A stretch of 64,000 bases of DNA from Dehalococcoidales bacterium (GCA_034419075.1 DAOULR010000022.1:2598-66597); one strand, 5' to 3'. Positions 18,043-27,920 are shown, counted from the stretch's first letter. Notes: a model not told the origin generated them from the sequence alone. Translations and numbers: made by a program.

Positions 18043-21000
18043 TCAAAGAGGGCGAGTGTACCGACATTGGTTCTCTGTGTCCTTGTATCCAGAGCACCCT
18101 AAAAATACTCCTCTTCGGCCCCACCTAATTTCCATCTCTCTTCCGCATTTCGGACAAATCGTAGCATCTGGAATTAGAGCTTGTTTAAGGTCTTCTCGCT
18201 TCACATTTGCAGTTGAATTACACCTTTCACACTTGTAGAATGGCCCAAATCTCCCTCGTGGTATAACCTTCATTTTATGGCCACAATTGCTGCACAATCT
18301 TGAGGGAACCTTGCTCGGATTGATAGCTGGGGATAAACTGTCACCAGCCTCCCCCGGCATTTGCAGCCCACACTCATCCATGACCTGTTTGGTGAAATCT
18401 TCATTCTCCAGACGAAACATAAGTTCCTGCGTGTTCTTGTGCGAGAGCGCGTTTAGGCTGCCGAACCAGACCAGTCGGCCATCTACGACTATCACCTTCT
18501 GGTGCATTGAGGATCGCTGAATTACTTTGGCTCCAATCTGTTCAAGGTAGTTGAGCATTTTCTGGATTTCGCCATGGTCTGCGGTCCCTTGTTGATGAGG
18601 CGGGCGTGTTACTAATTCCACATTGATGCCTTTCTCCACCTTTGCTCTGAGTAAATCAACATATGTGCTGAGGCGATTCTTTGTGATAAATGGGCTCATA
18701 ATAATGATATATCGCCCGGAATTTTCCAAATCGTATCGGAGCCCAGAATGAAAATCATCCTCTGTCCAAAACGAACTAACCGCGCTGCTCTTTTCTTTTA
18801 AAGGCCAGAGTGTTTCCCGTGCTTGCCGTACCGCTTGGTCAGCGTAACCTGGCACCAGTTGGTCAGCCGCAAATGTTGGAAGTGGGGTAGATTCATCGAA
18901 TAGCACCTTGCTTAGTGACCACTCCCTATTTAATCGGGATTGTAGAAATGACAGGTTAGCAATGATAGCCAGCTTCTTTTTAGCTCGGCTGCAAGCAACA
19001 TTGATTAGACGTGCACCTGCTGAATCATCGACGTCTTCGGAATCTATCTTACCTTTAAGGAGCTTACCTATACGAAGACCTGTGCTATCTACGAGGTCGC
19101 ATATTATTAGTTCACGTTCACTACCTTGGAAACGGTGGACATTTGAGACCGTTACTTTATCTTTCAGTAATGAATCAATTTCTACCAAGGCCTTTATTAG
19201 ACGTGTCTGGGCTTTGTAAGGCGTTATTATTCCGATATCGGTGAAATTTCGAATCGCACTTTGGCATAGTTTTACTGCCAGAACAGCGTGGTAAAGATTA
19301 AATCTCGAATAACTACTGGTCCAGCTGCACCACGGGTCTATTGCAGATGTATCATACACACCAACACATGTGCCAGGACAGGGTTGGTATGATCTTACTC
19401 TAGGTTCCCCAGAAATGCCGTCTCGTAACTTGTCATTATAGAAAACGCTACTCACTATGGCTCTTATCTCTGGCTGCATCCTATATTGAGTTCTTAGCAT
19501 TACCATCGGGGAGTTCCCCATCTGCTCAAGTTCCGATTCTTTATCTATGCCTGCAGCCACATATATATCTCTACGCAACCACTCTTTAACTCTGCTATCA
19601 TCGCTCAAGGCTATAGGTGCCAATTGGCGGAAGTCGCCAGCAATGGTGATAGACCTCGTGGCCAAACTACACACCCAGTAGAGTGCCGGTATCCCGGCCA
19701 TACTGGCCTCGTCACAAACAATGGTGTCAAATTGCCTACCATATACCTCGTTCATGGTGCATGTTCTGGCAAGCGTAGTTGCTATTAACACCGCCTCATC
19801 TATTATCTGCTGCCTCATTTCTTCGATTTGCCACTCCAACTCAGTTATTTGGGTACGCAAATCTTCAATTTTTGCCCGTATGCCGGCAATCTCGCCTTCG
19901 AGAGTATCAGGTAATAAGGATTCCTGCTTTAGCTTACCCTCAATTTCGTTTACTTCAACGCGAAGTCTATTCAGTTTGCTTGTTGATTCCTTGAGATTTC
20001 CCTCCACTTTAGATTTTTGTTCAATCAACTCATTACGTTTTACCGCTAGATTGGAAATAGAGTATTCTATTCTGCTAATCGACATTCCTCTAAGGAACCT
20101 CGCGATACCTGACATCGCCTTTGTTTTCTGAAGACGGTTTTCTTCCTGCTCAAACTTCCCCGTTACACCAGATATCTTATCTCGTAAAGCCTCTATGGAA
20201 CTTTCCAACTCAGTATGAGAAGCCTCTTCTTGAGCAATTAGCTTTTTCGATGCTTCCCATTTCTCCAGTTGGCTTCTGAGTGCCTGTAATGTCGTAAGTC
20301 TGGTCTCCGTGTCGGTCAATTGCGCACGTAACTCAGAAAGTTGCTCTCTTAAAGGCCCACTCTTTCGCTCCGTGATTTTATCAAGATTGAGATTATCATC
20401 ATCTCCAATTTCTGAGATTTGAGGCGTGCCGAGCCTTAGGATACGCCCTTCTCGATAATGTTCGGTTTCCTGCAGCGGCTTCAAACAAGCTATCAGTGCC
20501 TGATCGATGGCAACGTTGGTATTAGCAGTGAGCAAAACACTCCGTCCGCACTGTATCATGCTTGCTACAGCAACTCCTACAGTGGTAGTCTTTCCAGTGC
20601 CTGGAGGACCCCATATATAACAAATCTCGCTCCCCAGGGCTTGTCGAATGGCTTTTTGCTGGTCTTCATTTAGTTTACCCCATTGCTCTTGTAGGTTTTG
20701 CCCTGGAATGAAAGACTCATTGATTTGGTATTGGAATTGTTTGCGTCTCAAGCATTTTTCGGCGATTATACAAGAAGCATCCTGTAAGGTATCAAGGCGT
20801 TCCGACAAACGTTCGAGAAGGTAATATGGCTGTGCTAGTATACGAGCTGACGGGACATACTCTCCCAGATCACTTTCTATCGCAACTAATATCTGGTTTC
20901 CTGAAACTCCAACAATATGGCCAGATGCGTCTGAGCTCGCTGTACGTACTAATACCGGAGTTTCATCAAAGGCGCCTGATAGAGTTGGGTCATCTAAGAT

Positions 21001-21135
21001 GAAGCTATATACGTATAGCGGTCCCCTTACCTCGACAAGCCTCCCGGCACGTACATCCCACCTAGCGGCGCCCTTTTTCTTCTGTTCCTCTATTTCAACT
21101 GCAAGGGCGTTTTTAAATTCGTTGATTATGCTCAA
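18043..21135 (-). CDS. SF1 (Upf1/DNA2-like) helicase with coiled-coil insert, C-terminal PLD-family nuclease domain and two topoisomerase-type Zn ribbons
   Basis: 1030 aa. Walker A GPPGTGKTT, DEASM, ~200-aa heptad-rich insert, HQKVIVVD...GSLN (HxK-x4-D PLD motif), CxxC...CxxC ribbons at the C-terminus. Confidence 0.85.
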   Translation of the reverse strand: MSIINEFKNALAVEIEEQKKKGAARWDVRAGRLVEVRGPLYVYSFILDDPTLSGAFDETPVLVRTASSDASGHIVGVSGNQILVAIESDLGEYVPSARILAQPYYLLERLSERLDTLQDASCIIAEKCLRRKQFQYQINESFIPGQNLQEQWGKLNEDQQKAIRQALGSEICYIWGPPGTGKTTTVGVAVASMIQCGRSVLLTANTNVAIDQALIACLKPLQETEHYREGRILRLGTPQISEIGDDDNLNLDKITERKSGPLREQLSELRAQLTDTETRLTTLQALRSQLEKWEASKKLIAQEEASHTELESSIEALRDKISGVTGKFEQEENRLQKTKAMSGIARFLRGMSISRIEYSISNLAVKRNELIEQKSKVEGNLKESTSKLNRLRVEVNEIEGKLKQESLLPDTLEGEIAGIRAKIEDLRTQITELEWQIEEMRQQIIDEAVLIATTLARTCTMNEVYGRQFDTIVCDEASMAGIPALYWVCSLATRSITIAGDFRQLAPIALSDDSRVKEWLRRDIYVAAGIDKESELEQMGNSPMVMLRTQYRMQPEIRAIVSSVFYNDKLRDGISGEPRVRSYQPCPGTCVGVYDTSAIDPWCSWTSSYSRFNLYHAVLAVKLCQSAIRNFTDIGIITPYKAQTRLIKALVEIDSLLKDKVTVSNVHRFQGSERELIICDLVDSTGLRIGKLLKGKIDSEDVDDSAGARLINVACSRAKKKLAIIANLSFLQSRLNREWSLSKVLFDESTPLPTFAADQLVPGYADQAVRQARETLWPLKEKSSAVSSFWTEDDFHSGLRYDLENSGRYIIIMSPFITKNRLSTYVDLLRAKVEKGINVELVTRPPHQQGTADHGEIQKMLNYLEQIGAKVIQRSSMHQKVIVVDGRLVWFGSLNALSHKNTQELMFRLENEDFTKQVMDECGLQMPGEAGDSLSPAINPSKVPSRLCSNCGHKMKVIPRGRFGPFYKCERCNSTANVKREDLKQALIPDATICPKCGREMEIRWGRRGVFLGCSGYKDTENQCRYTRPL

Positions 21136-21141
21136 TGCTGA

Positions 21142-24100
21142 TTACTCCACCGGCCACCCCGGTATCAATTCGTCAATCTCCGTCATCAACCGGATGGTCT
21201 CCTTAAGCGCTACAATGACCTTCTGATAGTGTGCAGAGTCATCGTAGGTCAATATCCTGCCCTTGCGGTCTTTGAGCCATTTCTGAGCAACTTGGTAGCC
21301 GCCGACGTGGAAATCCCAAACTTCTGCCGGCACACCTTCGAAGTACTGTGACTTGTTGATATTGACACGCCGGTTGTTGTCATCGTAGCTTACCTTTTCA
21401 ACCTCGTCGGAGCCGGTGACAGGATAGCGCGTGATGGGCTCACCCAGCGCAGGCGATTCCATGAGGTGCAGGGCTACCAGCTCGGCGCCCTTTGCCGCCA
21501 GCGCCTTGAACAGTTTTTTATCCGAGGTGAGCGGCAAGCGCGGGAAGTCTATCTTTAGAAACTCTGCATACCGGCTGCGGTAGGTAGGCGAGTGGAAGAC
21601 GGCGTAGGCGTAGTTGAAGATATCTTCCGGGCCAAAGGTTTCCTTAAGGTCTCCCCGGCCATCTTCAACAAATTTCAACCCCAGCTTCTCTTGAACAGCC
21701 TTGATGAACTCCGGGTTTAGATTGGGACGGCGTTTACCGCCTTCAAACTGCATCTCGCCTTTGGTGGAGTAAAGGTATAGTGGAAAGAGATAATCTTGCC
21801 CCTTGTTACCGAGATAAAAGGTACCGTGACAATTAGGATGTTCAGAGACCCCGAAATACGAATATTCTCCGCCAACTGTCTGTCGCATGGTGATTAATCC
21901 AAGGTTTTCTCTATTAATAAAATGGGACATTATTTCTGAGCGTGGTCGCCCGAGAAATCCGCTGCTTTTGCCTGTAAAATACGTCCAGCGGAAATCGAAG
22001 GGTCGGTACAAAATAGGGACGACACTCTCTTGCTTAATACCAAAATTCTGGAGATCCCTTTTTGCACTATTGATAGTCCAACCTGAAGTGTCGGGACCGA
22101 GATCAAAGTGCTCACGCGCATCTTCACTATCAAGGTCTGAAAATTTCTTTACCACCTTCAGCATTGTGTCGGCATCATCTTGTATTGCTAACTTATCTTT
22201 TTTCGTTTGAATACCAGAACTATATTGGATGAATACCTTGTTGATTACCGGATAGTAATTATATTCATCGTGAGTTGTGTCATCCATAGGGCAGAAGTAG
22301 AAATATGGCGAATTAACGTTAAGAGCTTCCCATTCGGTGGATTGAATAGAATTTGACTCAAGATACTCATATTTTTCTTCTTTGGGCCCAAACAATTCAT
22401 AATATTTAACACTACAGTCTTTTTCGGATGCTCCGACACTATCGGTTTTCACCATCAATATTATTGTGACTCCCTGTTGGATTGCGAAAACATTTTCATC
22501 AGTGACGTCAGCGGGTACTGATCTAGATGCCATAGTACTTCCATGTAAATTAAGTATATAAATCGAATTAAACGTGTTATACAATGAATATCGCATAACC
22601 CTGCTTGCTATCCCGTCAAGGAAGGAATTATTAATAATAAATCCTATAATACCCTTCCCAGTTTTTTCTATACGCCAATCTGCAAATCTGAGGAATTTCC
22701 ATTCTTCTCTATTGAGGTCGAACTTCTTTTCAGTCAAACCTTCTTTATATTTTTCCAAGAGATCCATAATCCACGCGCCTTCAAAAATGGAGCTTGAATA
22801 CGGCGGGTTGCCCAGTACCACCATTATCGGCTCATCTTTCTTAATCCGGGCGGCGGCGTTGGATTCCTCGGTTATCCACTGGGCAAACAGAGTTTCGGAG
22901 TGCTTGATTGCCTCCTCTAGCGTGTTGGTAAGATAAATACCCAGGCGCTGGTCGCTCTGGAACTCGTAGCCCGTCTCCTGCAGCAAGAGCCCGAGCTTGA
23001 GGTGAGCCACGGCGTAAGGTGCCATAAGCAGCTCGAAGCCGAAGATGCGGGGCAGTAGCTTCTTGGCCACATAGTTATTCCACATCCCTTCCTGACCCGT
23101 GAAAGACTGACGAATCTCGTTAACTACCATGTACAGGAAGGTGGCCGTACCCACCGCCGGGTCAAGGATGAGCGCCTTATCATCAGCCAGCCCTTGCGGT
23201 TTGTTGAAGCGGGTCTTCAGTAGGTGGTCGATTGAGCGGACAATGTAGCTGACTACCGGCTCCGGCGTGTAGTAAACGCCGCGCATCTCCCGTACCTTGG
23301 AGTCATAAGCAGTCAGGAAGGTCTCGTAGAAATGCACCACCGGGTCTTCCTTGCCGCTGTGCTTGCCGAAGTCTTTAAGAACCGCCTCCATATTCGCCTG
23401 GTCTAATACCTGTGCTAGGTCGTCGACCAGCCAGGCGATGCGGTCATCAAGGTCAGGTCCGGCGATGTTATTGAAAAGCTTGCGCAGGAACGGGTTTGTC
23501 TTCGGCAGGAGATAGGCGGCATTCTGGCGGGTAAAGTTCTTTTCCTCCGGGTGCGTGCACCGGGCGGCAAACAGGCCGTAGACGATGGTCTGAGCATACA
23601 TGTCGGCAAACTGCCCTGCAGAGAGGTCGGGAATTAGGTTATCGCGAAATGCCGCTAGCTGCACATGGAGATTACCACTTTTCGGCTCTTTCTCAAAGGC
23701 GTTGACGATAAGCTCTCTAATCATGTGTGCCAGGCGAGCCATTCGTAGCGCCAGTTCTTTCGGTGTGCCAACAGCCTCGGCTTTGTGAGCGAGAAAATTA
23801 CCAAGCAGCTCGACAACTGACTGAGCTCCATTGCTGTCGCGCTTGACTTTGCCATCTTTAGTTAGCGTGCCCAAACGTGCCGAAAATCGACGTTTGCCGT
23901 CTACATACCAGCGGAATTCGAGGTAATCAGTCAAGATGAGGTTGGTGAGCGGAGCAAGGTAACGCTTGAATCTTTCCCCGTCCGGCCCTTTCCCGCGCTC
24001 AATATCGTCCAGGCTCTTACCAACATCCTTGGCCTCTATATAGCCAACTTTAAGAGCACCCTTGGTAACCAGAAAGTCAGGGGCACCACATGCAATTCGT

Positions 24101-24267
24101 CGAGGCTCGTTGGTGGCGGTGATTCCCTCAGCCAGACTCTCCACCAGAGCTTCCAGCGCAGAGCGGTGGGTATGCTCGGTAGAATCGCCGGTGGCGAGTT
24201 TCCTCTCAATGGAATGTATGTAGTTTTGCACTAGCTTCACGTTATTTGTTATTTCTTCTCGGTTCAT
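21142..24267 (-). CDS. Type IIG-like restriction-modification enzyme (PD-ExK nuclease + gamma-class N6-adenine methyltransferase + C-terminal specificity region)
   Basis: 1041 aa. N-terminal GAPDF..x12..GYIEAKD (PD...ExK), motif I LDPAVGTATFL, motif IV GNPPY. The C-terminal VWDFHVGGYQVAQKWLKDRKGR block is known from type ISP/YeeA-like enzymes. Confidence 0.8.
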   Translation of the reverse strand: MNREEITNNVKLVQNYIHSIERKLATGDSTEHTHRSALEALVESLAEGITATNEPRRIACGAPDFLVTKGALKVGYIEAKDVGKSLDDIERGKGPDGERFKRYLAPLTNLILTDYLEFRWYVDGKRRFSARLGTLTKDGKVKRDSNGAQSVVELLGNFLAHKAEAVGTPKELALRMARLAHMIRELIVNAFEKEPKSGNLHVQLAAFRDNLIPDLSAGQFADMYAQTIVYGLFAARCTHPEEKNFTRQNAAYLLPKTNPFLRKLFNNIAGPDLDDRIAWLVDDLAQVLDQANMEAVLKDFGKHSGKEDPVVHFYETFLTAYDSKVREMRGVYYTPEPVVSYIVRSIDHLLKTRFNKPQGLADDKALILDPAVGTATFLYMVVNEIRQSFTGQEGMWNNYVAKKLLPRIFGFELLMAPYAVAHLKLGLLLQETGYEFQSDQRLGIYLTNTLEEAIKHSETLFAQWITEESNAAARIKKDEPIMVVLGNPPYSSSIFEGAWIMDLLEKYKEGLTEKKFDLNREEWKFLRFADWRIEKTGKGIIGFIINNSFLDGIASRVMRYSLYNTFNSIYILNLHGSTMASRSVPADVTDENVFAIQQGVTIILMVKTDSVGASEKDCSVKYYELFGPKEEKYEYLESNSIQSTEWEALNVNSPYFYFCPMDDTTHDEYNYYPVINKVFIQYSSGIQTKKDKLAIQDDADTMLKVVKKFSDLDSEDAREHFDLGPDTSGWTINSAKRDLQNFGIKQESVVPILYRPFDFRWTYFTGKSSGFLGRPRSEIMSHFINRENLGLITMRQTVGGEYSYFGVSEHPNCHGTFYLGNKGQDYLFPLYLYSTKGEMQFEGGKRRPNLNPEFIKAVQEKLGLKFVEDGRGDLKETFGPEDIFNYAYAVFHSPTYRSRYAEFLKIDFPRLPLTSDKKLFKALAAKGAELVALHLMESPALGEPITRYPVTGSDEVEKVSYDDNNRRVNINKSQYFEGVPAEVWDFHVGGYQVAQKWLKDRKGRILTYDDSAHYQKVIVALKETIRLMTEIDELIPGWPVE

Positions 24268-24272
24268 ATAGA

Positions 24273-24713
24273 CTACTCACTAATACCTAAAATAGCGGCC
24301 GCTTTTTCTATGAACCTCTCCGCTGAAGCAATAACCGCCTTCGCTCCAGATTGAGAAAAATTAGCTTCGTAATCGGCCGCTTCACGAAGATTCATGGCAT
24401 TTAGGAAGTCACGAACTGACTGGGCTTCCATTGTGCCCTCGTCTACAAATAGCGCTCCCAAAGCTACCGCCAGACAGTAATGGCTCTTCTCGCGGTATCC
24501 CTGAGAATAAACAAGTGCTCTGGCGGCATGGAACATGGCATAGTAGGCTTGTATAGTCGACCACTTATAGCGTCCATTTTCATAGCCTGCTTTTGCATCC
24601 GACAGGTCACTTCTGGCTACTGACAACTCCTTCTTAACCAGGTTTTTACCCCTGGCGAAGGAAACTATCTTCTTATTCTCAAGACACTGCTTAAACTCTC
24701 GATTCACTGGCAA
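24273..24713 (-). CDS. HEPN domain protein (toxin-like partner of MNT)
   Basis: 146 aa helical protein. Overlaps the upstream nucleotidyltransferase gene by 23 nt, the classic MNT-HEPN arrangement. Confidence 0.7.
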   Translation of the reverse strand: MPVNREFKQCLENKKIVSFARGKNLVKKELSVARSDLSDAKAGYENGRYKWSTIQAYYAMFHAARALVYSQGYREKSHYCLAVALGALFVDEGTMEAQSVRDFLNAMNLREAADYEANFSQSGAKAVIASAERFIEKAAAILGISE

Positions 24714-25257
24714 CTCTTTCCCATAGCACGATGCCGCGTTCGACTTCTTCCATGAAAGCCCGTTCTGATTCCTCCCCCTCTAACAGCTCGACAGGCGTCT
24801 TAATTACTGATTGAATATGAATATCCTCGTATCCCCTCGGGAATTTGAACTTACTAATAGTATTTGACACGCTTTCCCTGTGGTTCGATACCACGAATAA
24901 ATCGAGATCACTCTCAGAGGTATCTGTCCCTAAGGCACAGCTGCCGTATAACACTATGCGGTTTGATATCTTCTTTAGCTCTTCTACCAATGGTTCAATA
25001 AGCATGAGGTTTATCATTTTCTTTAACTCGATGACAGCAGAAGCCGAGGAATCAATCGAATAGAAAAACATCTTGCCTTCCCGGCGGCGGGTGACAGCAC
25101 CGGTCGAATAAAGCTCATTCAGCGTCCGGTTTGCTGATCCTGAAGATATTCCAAGCTTACGAACCAATTCTCGTTCATAGAATTCTTGGTCTGAGAATTT
25201 CGCCAGCAGGCCCAGCACTTTCTGGTTGCTTGTAGCGATTAGATGTGGTTTCAACAT
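24691..25257 (-). CDS. Minimal nucleotidyltransferase (MNT) with N-terminal winged-helix domain
   Basis: 188 aa. LYGSCALGTDTSESDLDLFVV matches GSxxxGxxxxxSDxDL. Confidence 0.8.
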   Translation of the reverse strand: MLKPHLIATSNQKVLGLLAKFSDQEFYERELVRKLGISSGSANRTLNELYSTGAVTRRREGKMFFYSIDSSASAVIELKKMINLMLIEPLVEELKKISNRIVLYGSCALGTDTSESDLDLFVVSNHRESVSNTISKFKFPRGYEDIHIQSVIKTPVELLEGEESERAFMEEVERGIVLWERVASESRV

Positions 25258-25543
25258 GTGCCATTTGCTCCAAATATTGAGTATATGCTCATTGTAGTGA
25301 GCAATAGAAGGAAAGTCAAGACCCTGTATAGGATTATGGCAATGGCTTACTTATTGCACAAAACTGACTTTTGTTCAATCTCGCCGCGTTCAATAGAAAA
25401 TCATAAAATGGTATATCAAGAACGCACTAAATTATCGAACCTTTAACCTAGGGGAAATGAATCATAAAAGCTATAGTAGAGCCTACCCCCCGAGAGGTTT
25501 TACACTATCTGGAATCGCGTCGAGTTACTCTTGGAAGTGCCGT

Positions 25544-25600
25544 AATTCTTGATACTTTCTTGACCATCCCAACCAATTTCTTGACACCTCTTTGACTTCC
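25544..25600 (-). promoter_or_regulatory. Operator copy 1 (four TCAAGRA half-sites, spacing 11/21/11) upstream of usp
   Basis: Reverse complement GGAAGTCAAAGAGGTGTCAAGAAATTGGTTGGGATGGTCAAGAAAGTATCAAGAATT aligns with copies 2 and 3. Sits 130 nt from ATG 25730. Confidence 0.7.
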
Positions 25601-25729
25601 ATGAAGATAAAATCAGAAGGTGATATTCATAAATCCCCTGAACTGTCTGACCATACGGCTAGGCTGTTCCTAGGAGAACTGACTGGAGAAGAAAGGTCTA
25701 TGGCCGTAAATCTGTAGAAAGCGAGTAGA

Positions 25730-26200
25730 ATGCTAGAGAAAATTCTTGTATGTTTGGACGGTTCCGAGTTAGCCGAGGCGATTCTACCCCTAGTGACAGA
25801 TTTAGCTAAACGGCTCGGTAGCGAGATTGTGCTCCTTAGGGTGCTTGTTAAGCCGACTTGGCTTTCTGGTTTGGGAGAGACTGTAATTGAGCCTAAGCAA
25901 TCTACCGACATGTCAGAACAAGAGGTCAATATAGATGCATACTTGGAACGCGTGGCCAGGCTATTATGGGAAAAAGGATTGGATGTTGAATGCGAGACTA
26001 TAGAAGGCCCAATCGGTGAGTCCATCGTTACCTATGCCAAAACGAACGAAGTAAGCCTGATTGCTCTCGCAACTCACGGTCACGGTAGACTTAAAAAACT
26101 CGCCCTAGGTAGTATAACTGATTTTGTACTTAGAAAGTCCGGGATCCCTGTCATTTCGATTAGTCCGGTTAGTACGTCAGTCAGACATCCAACAGTCTAA
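25730..26200 (+). CDS. Universal stress protein (UspA family)
   Basis: 156 aa. ILVCLDGSELAE...ALATHGHGRLKKLALGSITDFVLRKSGIPV. Confidence 0.85.
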   Translation: MLEKILVCLDGSELAEAILPLVTDLAKRLGSEIVLLRVLVKPTWLSGLGETVIEPKQSTDMSEQEVNIDAYLERVARLLWEKGLDVECETIEGPIGESIVTYAKTNEVSLIALATHGHGRLKKLALGSITDFVLRKSGIPVISISPVSTSVRHPTV

Positions 26201-26212
26201 AGTGTCAAAGAA

Positions 26213-27697
26213 TTATTGCTTAACACTCCTCTCTCGGACTTTTTTCGGTAAGTGGGTTAGTGGCAAATTCCTCCAGCGCCGATAGGCAAAATATACTACT
26301 ATTCCTATGGCCATCCAGACGATCCCGACCCAACGGCTAAAAGGCTGAGTGAACACTACTACTACCCATATTCCAGATGTAGCAAGCAGACCAAGGATAG
26401 CAGTCAGCGGTAGCTCTCGGCCTTTGATAGCAATATTTAAGCCGAGTTTAAATGGGCGGGATAGCTCTGGTTTTTTGACTCTTAGCCCTAAGATTGAAGC
26501 ATGCGCCAAGGCGAAACATAGTAAAGAGCCGAAGACGTAGAGTGCACCCAGATCAGTGAAAAAGTCGGGGTTAAAGAAACCAGGCGATAACATGAATATA
26601 GCTACGAGGCAAAACAGGATAATAGCCACGTAAGGGGTTCTAAACCGATGGTGGATACGCCCGAAAGTTTCTGGCAGTTGACCATGCCTAGACAAGTTGA
26701 ACGCGAGTCGGGATATGCCCAGAAGCCCGGCATTCGTAGCTGTTAGCAGGATAGTCGCCGCGAGAATTGCAACCAGAGGGGAAAATATTGATTGTAACAT
26801 TGGGGATGGCAGATTAGCGGCTATACCAGCTACCGGGTCTCTTGCCCATCCATTGACCGGGTCGCCCAAGACCTGAGGAGTCATCGCTGACAGGGCGACA
26901 ATGGAAATGCCGGCAAATAAGACAAGAACCGCCACAATCATGAATATATAAGCCCTCGGTATTCTTTTGGCTGGCCGTCGGGTTTCTTCAGCCAACTGAG
27001 ATACGGTTTCCACACCGGTGAAACATAACGCGGCAATAGCGATGCCAAAAACCAAGTTCTCAGTGGTCGGCCAGTTGCCCTGACCGAACATATGCTCAAA
27101 TAGGATCGCCGGGTTTGGTCTCAGTATTAACAGAACGCCCAGAGTTACCAGCGTAAGTTGCGTAAGGATATCCACGGCAATGAAGAATATGTTCATCCCA
27201 GAAGATTCCCTCACTCCAATGACATTAATGAACATGAGAAACAAGATGATTCCCATGGAAACAGCGGCGTTGACGACGGGTTCGCTCATGATGGGCCAGA
27301 AGTAGGCAAGATATGGGGGGATGGTATAAGCCGATATTGCCATTGTGACAATGTAGCTCAGCATTAGTCCCCAACCAGCGATAAAGCCAGCTAGGTCATT
27401 AAGTCCATGCCGGGCGAAGCTGGCCGAACCACCGGCCTCCGGTATCATAGCACCTCCCTCAGCATAGGTAAGGGCATTGAAGATGTATATAATACCAGCC
27501 AGTGCCAGTACAATGGGCGTTGCGCCGAGGGCCACTATGGCTACGATACCCAGTGCATAGTAAATAGACGAGCCGACGTCTCCATATCCGGCACTGAACA
27601 GGGCAGGGATGCCGAGCACACGCTTGAGGTGGAATGTTTTTATTCGGCGTGGTCTAAATATTCTATCGCCTGGTTTTGGTTTCCAGTTGTCCTGCAT
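26213..27697 (-). CDS. APC-family amino acid/polyamine permease
   Basis: 494 aa, ~12 TM. N-terminal GYGDVGSSIYYALG-type motif. Confidence 0.8.
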   Translation of the reverse strand: MQDNWKPKPGDRIFRPRRIKTFHLKRVLGIPALFSAGYGDVGSSIYYALGIVAIVALGATPIVLALAGIIYIFNALTYAEGGAMIPEAGGSASFARHGLNDLAGFIAGWGLMLSYIVTMAISAYTIPPYLAYFWPIMSEPVVNAAVSMGIILFLMFINVIGVRESSGMNIFFIAVDILTQLTLVTLGVLLILRPNPAILFEHMFGQGNWPTTENLVFGIAIAALCFTGVETVSQLAEETRRPAKRIPRAYIFMIVAVLVLFAGISIVALSAMTPQVLGDPVNGWARDPVAGIAANLPSPMLQSIFSPLVAILAATILLTATNAGLLGISRLAFNLSRHGQLPETFGRIHHRFRTPYVAIILFCLVAIFMLSPGFFNPDFFTDLGALYVFGSLLCFALAHASILGLRVKKPELSRPFKLGLNIAIKGRELPLTAILGLLATSGIWVVVVFTQPFSRWVGIVWMAIGIVVYFAYRRWRNLPLTHLPKKVRERSVKQ

Positions 27698-27802
27698 GTC
27701 TCTTATTTGGTGCAGCGGATGGTTCTGTCGCAGACGCTATCATATCTAGTCAATCCTCTAGCGACAGTCTGCTCCTATGAGCATCTCTATGCTAGCTTCA
27801 TA

Positions 27803-27858
27803 AAGGTCAAGGAGGTGTCAAGAAAGAGGTTTTGTCTGTCAAGAAGTTATCAAGAACC
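27803..27858 (+). promoter_or_regulatory. Operator copy 2 upstream of the permease gene
   Basis: AAGGTCAAGGAGGTGTCAAGAAAGAGGTTTTGTCTGTCAAGAAGTTATCAAGAACC. Sits 106 nt from ATG 27697. Confidence 0.7.
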
Positions 27859-27920
27859 ATGAATGAGATCGTGAGTTATTGGAGTGATGCTTCTTATATG
27901 AGGGATTATGGGCGATCACA

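Larger units (their letters stand above)
14853..25300. other. AT-richer genomic island (defence-type gene content), all genes on the minus strand
   Basis: Composition and codon usage shift sharply after the stop at 14852. They return to GC-rich by about 25.7 kb. Boundaries are approximate. Confidence 0.6.
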
